Source: an uncultured bacterium (GTDB lineage: Bacteria; Desulfobacterota_D; UBA1144; Nemesobacterales; UBA2774). Taken from it: 64,000 nucleotides of DNA. The stretch is taken from NCBI GenBank assembly GCA_963825135.1, contig CAWGRW010000009.1, forward strand, positions 1,472,001 to 1,536,000. The letters are read 5' to 3'. Both the position numbers and the translations under genes were made by a program. Below the pieces are notes generated by a model that saw only the letters and a list, made by a program, of their open reading frames with translations, did not search any database and had not been told where the DNA came from. Shown here piece by piece: positions 49,193 through 62,324 of this stretch. Each line of letters starts with the position of its first letter. The first letter of the stretch is position 1.

Positions 49193-50215
49193 TTGATGAT
49201 AGATATGCTCGAAGAGGTTAAAAAACAGGCGGAAGCCGAGCTCAGTTCGGTAAGCGACGAGATATCTCTGCAGAACCTCAAGGCCAAATTCGTCGGCAGG
49301 AAGGGGGTTATCACAGAGATATTAAAGGGCATGAAGGATATACCCGACTCCGACCGACCGCGCATGGGGAAGCTCATAAACGAGACCAAGACCTTCGTCG
49401 AGGACCTCATCGACGGCAGGCTTAACGAGATCAGGGACGAGAAGAAGAGACGCTCCCTCTTTGAGGAGAAAATAGACGTCACGCTTCCGGGTAGGGGAAT
49501 GCCGATAGGGGCGAGACACCCCATAACTCAGGTCATGGAGGAGATAATAGCGATCTTCGAGAGAATGGGGTTCGAGGTCGCCGAAGGCCCCGAGGTCGAG
49601 ACCGACTACTATAACTTCGAGGCGCTCAATATTCCCAAGAACCACCCGGCGCGGGACATGCAGGACACATTCTATATTTCCGACGATATAGTCCTCAGGA
49701 CACACACCTCCCCCGTTCAGATACGAGTCATGGAAAAGCGGAAGCCTCCGGTGAAAATTATCGCCCCCGGGAAGGTGTACAGGTGCGATAGCGATATATC
49801 GCACACGCCTATGTTCCACCAGATAGAGGGGCTCCTCGTCGACGAGGGGGTAACTTTCGGGGACCTGAAGGGGGTGCTGACCGAGTTCGTGAGGCTCGTC
49901 TTCGGAGAGGGCGTGGGGGTCAGGTTCAGGCCGAGCTTCTTCCCGTTCACGGAGCCGAGCGCGGAAGTCGACATAGCGTGCCTCATATGCGGGGGGAAGG
50001 GGTGCAGGGTGTGCAAGAACACCGGCTGGCTCGAGATTCTGGGCTCCGGCATGGTCGACCCGGAGGTCTTCAAGAGCGTGGGTTACGACCCCGATAAATA
50101 CTCGGGCTTCGCTTTCGGCATGGGGATCGAAAGGATAACCATGCTCAAATTCGGCATCAACGACATAAGGCTCTTCTTCGAGAACGACCTCCGTTTCCTA
50201 AGGCAGTTCACCTGA
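49193..50215 (+). CDS. pheS: Phenylalanine--tRNA ligase alpha subunit
   Basis: HPARDMQDTF, LRTHTSPVQIR, HTPMFHQIEG, FRPSFFPFTEPS, GFAFGMGIER. Confidence 0.99.
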   Translation: MMIDMLEEVKKQAEAELSSVSDEISLQNLKAKFVGRKGVITEILKGMKDIPDSDRPRMGKLINETKTFVEDLIDGRLNEIRDEKKRRSLFEEKIDVTLPGRGMPIGARHPITQVMEEIIAIFERMGFEVAEGPEVETDYYNFEALNIPKNHPARDMQDTFYISDDIVLRTHTSPVQIRVMEKRKPPVKIIAPGKVYRCDSDISHTPMFHQIEGLLVDEGVTFGDLKGVLTEFVRLVFGEGVGVRFRPSFFPFTEPSAEVDIACLICGGKGCRVCKNTGWLEILGSGMVDPEVFKSVGYDPDKYSGFAFGMGIERITMLKFGINDIRLFFENDLRFLRQFT

Positions 50216-50238
50216 TCGGACTCTTAGCACCTAATATT

Positions 50239-50361
50239 TGTCACTGCGAGCGTAGCGCGGCAATCTCATCACTTTCTCGTTTCATTTTTGTCATCCTGAA
50301 CTCGTTTCAGGATCTGATCTTTTAAGTTTTGTCATTCCCGAATGTCTTTATCGGGAATCCA
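50239..50361 (+). repeat. Cluster of three TGTCA-headed REP-like palindromic elements
   Basis: TGTCACTGCGAGCGTAGCGCGGCAATCTC (50239-50267); TGTCATCCTGAA-ctcgt-TTCAGGATCT (50289-50315); TGTCATTCCCGA-atgtcttta-TCGGGAATCCA (50330-50361). Confidence 0.75.
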
Positions 50362-50431
50362 TTCTTATCCTTTAACGCCACCTCTTATATGTGGATGCGT
50401 GGGAGTGGGGGGTACGTTAAATTCCCCCCAA

Positions 50432-50460
50432 TTGAGTTAAATCCCCGTCTGTGGTACTAT
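50432..50460 (+). promoter_or_regulatory. Putative sigma70 promoter of dcd
   Basis: TTGAGT-N17-TACTAT with extended -10 TG. Confidence 0.55.
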
Positions 50461-50505
50461 GCTTTTCCCTAAGCGGTAAAACCCAAATCACCAGGAGTAA
50501 GAACA

Positions 50506-51060
50506 ATGGGAGTCAAGCCCGACCACTGGATCAGAAAGATGGCCAAAGAGCATAAAATGATAGACCCTTTCGTCGACGGGCAGGTGAGGGAGGGCGCTAT
50601 ATCGTACGGCCTCTCCGCATACGGCTACGACATCAGGGTGAGCGACGAATTCAAGGTATTCACTAACGTGTACAACACCGTAGTCGACCCCAAGGGTTTC
50701 GATGAACGATCGTTCGTCGAGATTAAATCGGACGTCTGCATGATCCCGCCCAATTCATTCGCGCTCGCGCGGACGGTCGAGTACTTCAGGATACCCAGGA
50801 GTACCATCACGCTCTGCGTCGGGAAGTCCACATACGCCAGGTGCGGGATTATAGTGAACGTCACCCCGTTCGAGCCCGAATGGGAGGGGTTCGTCACGCT
50901 CGAGATCTCGAACACCACGCCTCTTCCGGCGAAAATATACGCCAACGAGGGCATAGCCCAGGTGCTTTTTTTCGAGGCCGACGAGATGTGCGAGGTCTCT
51001 TACGCGGACAAGAAGGGGAAATACCAGAAGCAGATGGGGATAACTCCGCCCAGGGTGTGA
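50506..51060 (+). CDS. dcd: dCTP deaminase
   Basis: [49 protein letters not shown]. Confidence 0.98.
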   Translation: MGVKPDHWIRKMAKEHKMIDPFVDGQVREGAISYGLSAYGYDIRVSDEFKVFTNVYNTVVDPKGFDERSFVEIKSDVCMIPPNSFALARTVEYFRIPRSTITLCVGKSTYARCGIIVNVTPFEPEWEGFVTLEISNTTPLPAKIYANEGIAQVLFFEADEMCEVSYADKKGKYQKQMGITPPRV

Positions 51061-51239
51061 TTCGGGCATCCGGAATACCCTGTCCTGACTGGAAAATTAG
51101 CATTCCCGGCTTCCTGCGCCCCGCTTCAGGAATTACTTCGATAAATGTATTAAAACCCCTTGATTTTACTTCCATTTTTTGCCCGTCATGGTATAATATT
51201 ATCTCAGAAATTTCCCCCCTGCAGGATTTTCGGAGGTAG

Positions 51240-53714
<2,475 letters not shown>

Positions 53715-53744
53715 TCGAAATATCCCCGGGCCGGGACAAACGAA

Positions 53745-54110
53745 ATGTCCGAGTCAGTAAAAAATATAAATAAAATCCCCGTAGAAAAGGTAAGCGCCGG
53801 GAGCTCCGCGTACCGCCAGGTGCTGATCGGCCCCGACGAAGGGCCCAACTTCGCGATGAGACGCTTTATCATGGAGCCGGGCGGCGGCATACCCGCCCAC
53901 ACGAACACCGTCGAGCACGAGCAGTACGTGCTGCGCGGCCGCGCGCGGATCGGCATTGGCGATAATGTATATGAGGTGAAAGCGGACGACATTCTCTACA
54001 TCCCCGCCGGGGTGCCCCACTGGTACGAGGTCCTGGGCGGTGAGAATTTCGAATTCCTCTGCATGGTCCCCAATCGGGACGATCAGATAAAATTAGTCGG
54101 AAGCGACTAA
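53745..54110 (+). CDS. Cupin domain protein
   Basis: NFAMRRF.MEPGG.IPAHTNTVEHEQYVL.G...IPAGVPHWY. Confidence 0.92.
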   Translation: MSESVKNINKIPVEKVSAGSSAYRQVLIGPDEGPNFAMRRFIMEPGGGIPAHTNTVEHEQYVLRGRARIGIGDNVYEVKADDILYIPAGVPHWYEVLGGENFEFLCMVPNRDDQIKLVGSD

Positions 54111-54176
54111 TTTCCTAATTGTTTCCGCAATAATTCATTTACAGTCAAAAGAAATAAGTGCGAACCGGCGGCGTAT

Positions 54177-55244
54177 TTAAACCTTTAAATAGCCGTAGCT
54201 CTGGAGGACCAGGATAGCGATGCTTACGATTATCAGGTTCGCGACGGCTATAGGAAAGAGCACCTTCCATCCGAGGCTCATCACCTGGTCGTACCTGAAC
54301 CTCGGCAGCGTAAACCTCACCCATATGAAGAAGAACAGGAACGCCAGCACCTTCCCCATGAAAACGATAGGAGGGAGGTACCAGTATTTGTCTATGTCGA
54401 TTCCGAACCATCCGCCGAACGGGAGCGGATACCACCCGCCGAAGAATAGCGCTACGGCCAGGCACGAGACCACTATCATGTGCGTGTACTCGGCCATGAA
54501 GAACATCGCGAATTTCATGCTGCTGTACTCCGTGTGATAACCCGCCACTATCTCGGGCTCCGCTTCCGGCATGTCGAACGGCAGCCGGTTCGTCTCTGCG
54601 AACGCAGCGGCCAGGAATACGATGCAGCCGAGTACCTGCGGGACCGCGAACCAGCACCTCGACTGCGCTTCTATTATGTCCTCGAGCCTGAGCGACCCCG
54701 TCCAGGCTATGACGCCCACGATGGATAAACCCATGGCGAGCTCGTAGCTTATCATCTGCGCCGCGCCGCGGAGACCCCCCAGGAAAGAGTACTTGCTGTT
54801 GGATGCCCACCCCCCGAGCACTACTCCGTAAACGCTGAGCGACCCTATCGCGAGCACGTAGAGGATACCGACATTTAAGTCCGCTATCTGGAGCTTGACG
54901 AAAATGGGCTCGCTCAGGAGGCCCAGTATCGTCGTATAAAATCCCCTGCCGATCGGTACTACGGCGAGCGCTATGAGGGCCGTGATGAGTGCGAACGCGG
55001 GCGCCGCGATAAAAAAGGGCTTATTCGCGTGGTTCGGTATTATGTCTTCCTTGAATATGAACTTGACGCCGTCCGCGAGAGGCTGGAGTAATCCGAACGG
55101 TCCCACGCGGTTAGGGCCGAGTCTGTCCTGAATGAACGCGCTTACCCTCCGCTCTGCGAGCGTGAGGTAGGCGACGAGCGTAAGCACGACGAAGAATAAG
55201 AGAGCTATTTTTACGAGTGAGATTCCGAGTTCTACCCAGACCAT
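54177..55244 (-). CDS. nuoH: NADH-quinone oxidoreductase subunit H
   Basis: ERRVSAFIQDRLGPNRVG, QPLADGVK, SNSKYSFLGGLR, QMISYE, AETNRLPFD, LPRFRYDQ. Confidence 0.98.
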   Translation of the reverse strand: MVWVELGISLVKIALLFFVVLTLVAYLTLAERRVSAFIQDRLGPNRVGPFGLLQPLADGVKFIFKEDIIPNHANKPFFIAAPAFALITALIALAVVPIGRGFYTTILGLLSEPIFVKLQIADLNVGILYVLAIGSLSVYGVVLGGWASNSKYSFLGGLRGAAQMISYELAMGLSIVGVIAWTGSLRLEDIIEAQSRCWFAVPQVLGCIVFLAAAFAETNRLPFDMPEAEPEIVAGYHTEYSSMKFAMFFMAEYTHMIVVSCLAVALFFGGWYPLPFGGWFGIDIDKYWYLPPIVFMGKVLAFLFFFIWVRFTLPRFRYDQVMSLGWKVLFPIAVANLIIVSIAILVLQSYGYLKV

Positions 55245-55267
55245 ATCTGTTCCCTGTCAGCGGTTCG

Positions 55268-56863
55268 TCAGACCCTGTCCCTGCCCAGCACGCCTATGTT
55301 TTCGTAGTTGATACCGCCGTAGGAAGGGACGTGAGCCGCTATGTCGAGCATTATTTCCGAAGGAGCCTCGTATTGGAAGCCGGCCGGCTCTATGGCGCCG
55401 CCTATGAGCGAGAGTATTTCCCAATCCGGCCTCGCAGTCCCCGGAGGCGGTATCGCCCGCCCGGCCCTCTGTACCCTTCCCCTGTCGTTTGTGAACGTGC
55501 CCTCCCTTTCGTAGGGGCTTGCGCCCGGGAGTATTACGTGAGCCAGTTTTACGGTTTCCGTGAGCCTGTAATCCTGCACTACCAGGAGCGATAGTCCGGC
55601 GAGCGCTTCCTTAAGTCTCGGGTGCCGCTCGGCCGCCGTAATCTTAAAGAGATCGTCCCCGGCGACATATAGCGCCCCGACGCCGCCGTCTAATATCGAT
55701 TGTATAAGTTCTTCTATCCTTTCCGGGCCGGCGGCTATTCCCAGGTCCTTTACCCCCGCGCTGTTGGGATGCGGGTCCCCGCTTATCAGGCCGTGGAGCT
55801 TTTGAGCGCCCGGGTCGCCCGTGTTCGAGTACACCCTCTCCGTATTAAGCGCCGAGGCGATTTTCTTCAGCAGGTAAAGCTCCTCGTTCGTTAGCGTGGG
55901 CGATCCTAAAAGAGCGATTGAACTGGGCAACGTTTCCCGCGCCTTCATGAGGCCCGACGACGCGGCGTCCACGGCGTCCTTCCAGTCCGATATTTGAAAC
56001 CCCTCGCCTTTTCTCACGATCGGGTCTTTCAGGCGCACTGTACCCTCCTGAATGTCCCTGAAACCGTACCTTCCCCTGTCGCATATCCAATATTCGTTCA
56101 CGTCCATATTCGTTCGCGGCCTTACCCTCGACACCTCTCCCTTACGCGGGTCGACGCCGACTGTAATATTGCATCCGTTACTGCAGAGCGTGCAGACGCT
56201 GTCCGTGAATTTCCAGTACCAGACCCTCTCCTCGTGAAGGGTGTCCTTGTTGAGGAGCGCCCCTACGGGGCAGAGGTCCGTAACATTTCCCGAGAGCTCG
56301 TTGTCGAGGTTCTGACCCGGGAAGACGACGATCTTTTTCCTGAAACCCCTGCCGTCGAATCCAAGCTCCCCGGTTTTCGTGATTTCGTCTGTAAACCTGA
56401 CGCACCTGGTGCACATGATGCACCGGTTCGGGTCATAGAGTATCCTGTCGCTGAGGTAGTATTTCCGTCTGACCTTTTTCTCTTCCGGCCCTTCGAACCT
56501 GCTGTGTCCCGGCCCGTGCTTGACCGTAGTGAGCTGGAGCGGGCATTCCCCGCCCTTATCGCATATGGGGCAGTCGAGGGGGTGATTGATGAGAGTGAAT
56601 TCTACTGTCGCCCTTCTGGCTTTTATCGCCTTATCGGTATTGGTTTTGACTATCAGGCCCTCTCTGACAAAAGTATTGCAGGCGGGCATGACCTTCGGGA
56701 CCCCCTCCACCTCGACGAGACATTGCCGGCACTGAGCCACGACGCTCAAGGCCGGGTGGTAGCAAAAATGCGGGACTTCGATGCCGACCCGTGAAGCCGC
56801 CTGTATCAGGTTGAGGCCGTCTTCGACTTCTATTTCGATTCCGTCTATCGTGAGTTTAGGCAT
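55268..56863 (-). CDS. nuoG: NADH-quinone oxidoreductase subunit G (short form)
   Basis: MPKLTIDG start; CYH...CRQC...AC (N1b), HPLDCPICDKGGEC (N5), CIMCTRC...CPVGAL (N4), CTLCSNGC...C (N7). Confidence 0.92.
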   Translation of the reverse strand: MPKLTIDGIEIEVEDGLNLIQAASRVGIEVPHFCYHPALSVVAQCRQCLVEVEGVPKVMPACNTFVREGLIVKTNTDKAIKARRATVEFTLINHPLDCPICDKGGECPLQLTTVKHGPGHSRFEGPEEKKVRRKYYLSDRILYDPNRCIMCTRCVRFTDEITKTGELGFDGRGFRKKIVVFPGQNLDNELSGNVTDLCPVGALLNKDTLHEERVWYWKFTDSVCTLCSNGCNITVGVDPRKGEVSRVRPRTNMDVNEYWICDRGRYGFRDIQEGTVRLKDPIVRKGEGFQISDWKDAVDAASSGLMKARETLPSSIALLGSPTLTNEELYLLKKIASALNTERVYSNTGDPGAQKLHGLISGDPHPNSAGVKDLGIAAGPERIEELIQSILDGGVGALYVAGDDLFKITAAERHPRLKEALAGLSLLVVQDYRLTETVKLAHVILPGASPYEREGTFTNDRGRVQRAGRAIPPPGTARPDWEILSLIGGAIEPAGFQYEAPSEIMLDIAAHVPSYGGINYENIGVLGRDRV

Positions 56864-56894
56864 AGGAAATTCGGTTAAGCGAGAGTCGGGAAAA

Positions 56895-56923
56895 ATATTA
56901 TCTGACGGGAGGTGCCTTAGCAA
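56895..56923 (-). promoter_or_regulatory. Putative sigma70 promoter of nuoG-nuoH
   Basis: Minus strand TTGCTA-N17-TAATAT, 31 nt before the ATG. Confidence 0.45.
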
Positions 56924-57093
56924 GTTATGCGTGGAATATGGAAGATTTACAGCCGTATAAGCCTATCTGCGGAGTGAGAGCGATTTGCCTCCCGATGAAG
57001 GAAAACGATTCCATCCGATGTCGCAAGAGCGCGCGTCCCCGTCATTTGTATCGAGAGGGCGGGGGGCATGTGTTATAATTCACAGGATAGGCT

Positions 57094-60000
57094 ATGCGTT
57101 CGAAAGTCCTAAAACCTATATTTATATTTCTTCTGTTGCTGCTTTTATTGTCCGCTGTAATCGTTCTAATAATTCAGACCCATTACTTCAGGCAGTTCGT
57201 CAAGATCACGACCAACGCCATCGTCAGCACCCTTACGGCCCAGGATTTCACAATCGGGAGCATTGAAGGCAATTTTCTTAAAGGCATGACCCTCAGGAAC
57301 GTTTCTTTCCAAATAGGGAAAGAGAAGTTCGTCGATTGCGACGAGATTTACATAGATTACTCCCTCCCCCTTATACTCGACGGCTCGATGCTCTTCAGCA
57401 AGGTGATCCCGCTTCACGAAGTCAGGATGACGGGTATCCGGATAAATCTTGTCCATTACAAGGACGATACATGGAATTTTCAGGAGTTTCAGAAGTTAAT
57501 GATGAAAGAAAAAAGGCCTAACCCCGACTGGAACATCTTTATCCAGAACGGTTCTATCGTGGACGCGGAAATGACGATCGAGGACGAGGCCAGGGGGGAG
57601 AACTCGATCTTCGAGCTGTCGAATGCGGATTTATCCTTGAACATGTTCAAGATAGCCGACAAAGCGGAGCTTGATCTTCGTGACGCTCATCTGACGGTCG
57701 CCTACGAAAGCATGAATTATGAAAAACTGTATTTTGAAAACATAAAGGGCAAGGCCGTATATTCGAACAAGGAGCTGCCCGATAAGTTCGATGTCGAGAG
57801 CCTCGTTTTCAATTATCTGGGCGCGGCGGTTTCGGGAAAGGGGACCATAATCAATATGATGGACCCGAAGTTTAGCCTGAAGGGGGTCATAAACGGTATC
57901 GACATCCCCGACGTCGGGACCCTCAACCTCGATATTGAGGCGCAGGGTAGTTCCTTTCAATGGAGGGATTTGCACGCTACGGGGAAGATGAGGCTCAGGG
58001 ACTCTTCGGCGCTGCAGAGCGGTCTCACGGGCGGGGTCGAGTCGGTCGCCGTGGAGAACACGCACGTAGCATTAAATAAAGGCAGCCTGAGCGCAAGCTT
58101 CGGGGACGCGTCGTTTGACGGAACCATCGATCTTCTGGAGATGAGCGACAGGGCAAAGTATAACCTGGCGGACATACGGCTCGACCTCCGGTCTCTCAAG
58201 GTCCCACGGGTCCTGGAGCTTGTGGAGAAAAGAAACGGTCCTCTCGGCGAGGGTATCAACAAAAATATAGACGCGGTTATCAATTCGAAGCTGAAAGTTA
58301 CAGCCGGATGGAGCAGGTCCCGCGAGTTTACAGCCGGGCTGGATATAGGCGAAATGAGCTTAACCGGCGGAGGGGTCGGGGAGATCAAGCTAAAAGGCCC
58401 TGTATCGCTCGCGGGCTCGAAAATAGATTACGATCTGGACGCGGGCTTCCTCAAGACGAATTTCGCTCCCTTGCTTAATGATGAAAAGTACAGGAGCGAT
58501 TTTAATTCGGATCTCAAGATTAAAGGGTCTTTGAGCACCGCCGAGGTCTTTCCCAAGGGCTTTGAGGTTGCGTTGCGCGGCGAGGCGGGGGCTTCAAAGA
58601 TATTCGACCTGAATCTAAAAAGAGCAGTCGTGGATACGAGTTATAACGGAACATCGATCGATATCAGATCCCTTGTCCTGGAGTCCGAGCCCTTTAGCAT
58701 GAATGCATCCGGCCGGCTCGGCAGCACCGGCGGAGAAGGCGTCAAGTACGAGATAAACGTAAAGAACCTCAATTTCCTCTCGAAACTCGCGCCCGCTCAT
58801 CATGTCGGGGGGAGCCTCGGCCTCAGCGGCCGCATCGAGGGGAGTTTTCAGAACCCTAACATCATCGTTGACGTCACAGGCTCGGATATTACGTATGAGG
58901 AAATGCGGTTGAGGATGAAGAAGATCGAATTGAGCGCGCGCAGCTTTCTCGATATCAACGACCTGAAATTCAAAGCGGCCGCGGAAGTGAAGGGGATAGA
59001 CGTGCAGGGCAGGGAAATCCAGACGGTCAATTTCAAGGCCGGGAGCAGAGGCGGCGAAATAGACGGGACGTTCGACGTACAGGAAACCGCGAAAAGGAAA
59101 TATTCCTTTGATTTTAATATCAGGGATCTCGGCAAAGAGGAAACGAAGCTTGAGCTGGATAATGTCGTCATGAATTTCAGAAATGCCGTTTTTAAAAACC
59201 GTAAGCCCGTTCTTATTTCATTGTTCAAGGATAGAGTGAAGGTGAGTTCCTTCAACCTGTATCATAAAGATAACTTTATGGTCGGGGATCTCGTTCTCGG
59301 TTTCGACGAGAGCGTGGACGGATCGGTCAGGCTCGAAAAATTAAGCCTCCTCGACGCATCCGAGCTGTTGGGCATAGAATTCCCGGTAAAGGGCCAGATG
59401 ACGGGAGAAATAAAATTAGGTTCTTCGCTCAAGCATCCGGACTTGAGGGCCGATATCATGGTGAAGAACCTCGAGTATATGAAATTCAAGAGCGACGAGC
59501 TCAAGCTCTCGTTCTTTTTCTCCGATAATAAAATGGGCCTCGATTTGAAGATATGGGGCGGAAAGGAAGAGATCCTTTCCGCGGTTTGTGACGCGAAGCT
59601 GAATTTCGATCCCGAGAATATCGATAAAAGCATCAGAGAGGCCGAGTATAGAGCGGTAATAAAATCGAAGGGAGTCGATATAAGCCCGCTGGCCATCTTC
59701 AATGAAGAGATTCAGGAAATAAACGGGAAGCTTCTAGTGGACATCGTCGCCGAGGGAACGGGGGTCGATCCCAACGTCACCGGCAGTCTCGAGCTCCGGG
59801 ATATGACTATGAAGATACTGGCGCTGCGTAATAAAATTCACATAGATAAGGCGATCATGGATATGACCGGGAAATACGGAAAGCTCCGCCCCGCCATAAT
59901 CGATACAGGCGGGGGAGAAGGGGTCTTCGAGGGCAGCGTAGATTTCCGGGACCTCTCATACACGGGTAAGGGGAAAATGTCCGGCCTGCTCGTAAAAACA

Positions 60001-60987
60001 TATCCGGCTGAAGTTACCGCGAACCTCGACGGCGATCTGGAGGTGCAGGGGAAATTCATGAACGCGTCGATTAAAGGGAGCATCACGGCGAACAATGTCA
60101 AAGTCACTGTACCCGACAAACCCCTTAAGGAGATCGAGAACATAAAATTTATCGACGAAAAAGATGCGGACAAGGAAGAGTTCATATTCACAGGAGAGAA
60201 AAAAGAGGATTTTGTCGAGGAGTACATTGCGCTTGACCTCAGCCTCGATATTCCCAAGGAATCGCGGGTAAAGGGCGCGGGTGCGAACATCGAGGTCGAA
60301 GGGAAGCTCGACGTCGATAAGAACTATAATGAGCCTTACACCATCTCGGGGAATATTGATGTCATAAGAGGTGATTACCAGTTCATGGGCAGGCTCTTCA
60401 AGATTGAGAACGGTACGGTGAGCTTCAGAGGGAAGGATATCGCGGATCCGTTCCTCGACCTGCGCGCGACGTATGAGGTATCGGGCGTGGAGGTCTATAT
60501 TAACATCACGGGCACTGCGGAGAAACCGAGGATTCAGCTTTCGAGCGACCCTCCGCTCGATGAAAACGAAATAGTGTCCTATCTCGTGTTCGGCACTTCG
60601 TCGGAGACGCTCGGTACGGACGAGAGGGTGCAAATTCAGGAGAAAGCGGGAGAGGTTTTGGGCACGATGGCGGTGGGCGAGCTGAGGGAAGCCCTCGGCG
60701 AAGAGCTTGCCATAGACGTGATGACCATCAAGGGCGGCCAGACCGGGTTCAGGGACACTCACCTCGAGATAGGCAAATATCTGACAGACGACCTCTACAT
60801 AGGGTATGAGCGGTTGTCTTATGAAAGGTATTTCTACGAGCGTTATTTCTTCAGTCCGGGTCTTCCTTCGTCCACAGTCACGGCCAACAGGGCCGTCATC
60901 GAATACAGGGTGTTCGATTTCCTGACGCTCGAGAGCGAGATAGGCGAGCAGGCGGGAGCCGACGTCTTTTTCAATTTCGACTATTGA
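57094..60987 (+). CDS. tamB: TamB family translocation/assembly (lipid-bridge) protein
   Basis: 1297 aa; N-terminal TM, long beta-strand region, C-terminal DUF490-like GTAEKPRIQLSSDPPLDENEIVSYLVFG...IGKYLTDDLYIGY. Confidence 0.88.
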   Translation: MRSKVLKPIFIFLLLLLLLSAVIVLIIQTHYFRQFVKITTNAIVSTLTAQDFTIGSIEGNFLKGMTLRNVSFQIGKEKFVDCDEIYIDYSLPLILDGSMLFSKVIPLHEVRMTGIRINLVHYKDDTWNFQEFQKLMMKEKRPNPDWNIFIQNGSIVDAEMTIEDEARGENSIFELSNADLSLNMFKIADKAELDLRDAHLTVAYESMNYEKLYFENIKGKAVYSNKELPDKFDVESLVFNYLGAAVSGKGTIINMMDPKFSLKGVINGIDIPDVGTLNLDIEAQGSSFQWRDLHATGKMRLRDSSALQSGLTGGVESVAVENTHVALNKGSLSASFGDASFDGTIDLLEMSDRAKYNLADIRLDLRSLKVPRVLELVEKRNGPLGEGINKNIDAVINSKLKVTAGWSRSREFTAGLDIGEMSLTGGGVGEIKLKGPVSLAGSKIDYDLDAGFLKTNFAPLLNDEKYRSDFNSDLKIKGSLSTAEVFPKGFEVALRGEAGASKIFDLNLKRAVVDTSYNGTSIDIRSLVLESEPFSMNASGRLGSTGGEGVKYEINVKNLNFLSKLAPAHHVGGSLGLSGRIEGSFQNPNIIVDVTGSDITYEEMRLRMKKIELSARSFLDINDLKFKAAAEVKGIDVQGREIQTVNFKAGSRGGEIDGTFDVQETAKRKYSFDFNIRDLGKEETKLELDNVVMNFRNAVFKNRKPVLISLFKDRVKVSSFNLYHKDNFMVGDLVLGFDESVDGSVRLEKLSLLDASELLGIEFPVKGQMTGEIKLGSSLKHPDLRADIMVKNLEYMKFKSDELKLSFFFSDNKMGLDLKIWGGKEEILSAVCDAKLNFDPENIDKSIREAEYRAVIKSKGVDISPLAIFNEEIQEINGKLLVDIVAEGTGVDPNVTGSLELRDMTMKILALRNKIHIDKAIMDMTGKYGKLRPAIIDTGGGEGVFEGSVDFRDLSYTGKGKMSGLLVKTYPAEVTANLDGDLEVQGKFMNASIKGSITANNVKVTVPDKPLKEIENIKFIDEKDADKEEFIFTGEKKEDFVEEYIALDLSLDIPKESRVKGAGANIEVEGKLDVDKNYNEPYTISGNIDVIRGDYQFMGRLFKIENGTVSFRGKDIADPFLDLRATYEVSGVEVYINITGTAEKPRIQLSSDPPLDENEIVSYLVFGTSSETLGTDERVQIQEKAGEVLGTMAVGELREALGEELAIDVMTIKGGQTGFRDTHLEIGKYLTDDLYIGYERLSYERYFYERYFFSPGLPSSTVTANRAVIEYRVFDFLTLESEIGEQAGADVFFNFDY

Positions 60988-61042
60988 AGGACTTCTATTC
61001 GGCCCCTTACGGGTTCAAACCGCGCGTACGATATAATGCGCG

Positions 61043-62230
61043 TCAGTAACTATTGAGGAACTTCCTTATCCCCCTTACGGCCTGCATGATCCTTTTCTCG
61101 TTCTCGACGAGAGCGAACCTCAGGTGTCCTTCACCATAGTTTCCGAAGCCGATGCCGGGAGATACGGCTACCTTTGCCTTTTCTATGAGCAGCTTCGAGA
61201 ACTCGAGAGACCCCATGCTCTTGAATTCGTCGGGTATCTCGGCCCAGACGAACATCGTCCCTTTGGGTTTCGGTATCTCCCATCCCGACTTTGCGAGACC
61301 GTCGACGAGCTTGTCCCTTCTCGATTTGTATAGTTTTCTGATGTCCTCGACGCACTCCTGCGGTCCGCTGAGCGCCGCGATTGCGGCGACCTGAATAGGG
61401 GTGAATATGCCGTAGTCCATGTAACTCTTTATACGCTTGAGCGCGGATACTATCCTAGCGTTCCCCACCATGAAACCCACCCTCCACCCGGGCATGTTGT
61501 AGCTTTTGGACAGGGAGTAGAATTCGACCCCGATATCCTTTGCGCCCGGGATCTGAAGGAAGCTCGGGGCCTTGTAGCCGTCGAAACAGAGCTCGGCGTA
61601 TGCGAAATCGTGCACGACGATTAGTCCCGCTTCCCTCGCGAGCTCGTAGATGTCCCTGAAGAAACCGAGGTCCACCACCGTCGACGTGGGGTTGTTAGGG
61701 AACGAGATCATGAGCACCTTCGGTTTTGGCCAGGTCTCTTTAACCGCGTTCTCTATCCCCTGGAGAATGTTCGAGTCCCTCGTGAACGGGACGCTGTGGA
61801 CGTCGCCCCTCGAAATAATAACGGAGTAGATATGAATCGGATAAGAAGGGTTGGGAACGATAACCGTGTCGCCGGGTGAGAGTATTGACAGCATGAGGTG
61901 GCATATCCCTTCTTTCGAGCCGATCGTGGTAACGACTTCCGTATCGGGGTCGAGCTCGACGTCGTAATTCTTCTTATACCATCCCGCGACCGCCCTTCTC
62001 AATTTCGGTATGCCGGCAGAAGCGGAGTACCTGTGGGCTCTCGGGTCCTTCGATGCCTCTATTAATTTTTTTACGATATGGTCGGGAGTCGCCTGGTCCG
62101 GATTACCCATTCCCAGGTCTATGATGTCGTCGCCCCTCGCCCTCGCTTTGGATTTAAGCTCGTTGACGATCGTGAATACATAGGGCGGAAGCCGCCTTAT
62201 TAATGAGAATTCTTCTGGTTTATATTGCAT
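61043..62230 (-). CDS. alaC: Class I/II PLP aminotransferase (AlaC/YfdZ-like)
   Basis: [59 protein letters not shown]. Confidence 0.85.
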   Translation of the reverse strand: MQYKPEEFSLIRRLPPYVFTIVNELKSKARARGDDIIDLGMGNPDQATPDHIVKKLIEASKDPRAHRYSASAGIPKLRRAVAGWYKKNYDVELDPDTEVVTTIGSKEGICHLMLSILSPGDTVIVPNPSYPIHIYSVIISRGDVHSVPFTRDSNILQGIENAVKETWPKPKVLMISFPNNPTSTVVDLGFFRDIYELAREAGLIVVHDFAYAELCFDGYKAPSFLQIPGAKDIGVEFYSLSKSYNMPGWRVGFMVGNARIVSALKRIKSYMDYGIFTPIQVAAIAALSGPQECVEDIRKLYKSRRDKLVDGLAKSGWEIPKPKGTMFVWAEIPDEFKSMGSLEFSKLLIEKAKVAVSPGIGFGNYGEGHLRFALVENEKRIMQAVRGIRKFLNSY

Positions 62231-62324
62231 TTATTGTCCTTTTGCATTTTCAGTTATTTTATTCGAATCCTTGACAATCTCAAGAAAATTAAGCGAAAAT
62301 AGTAAAATACTGAAATAAAGGGTC

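Noticed and set aside
50239..50361. Mini CRISPR array
   Set aside because: The units share only TTTGTCA, differ in body and spacing, and no cas genes are present.
61043..62230. LL-diaminopimelate aminotransferase (dapL), given nearby dapF
   Set aside because: Motifs ([24 protein letters not shown]) fit the AlaC/YfdZ group better, and it is on the opposite strand from dapF; cannot be fully excluded without a tree.
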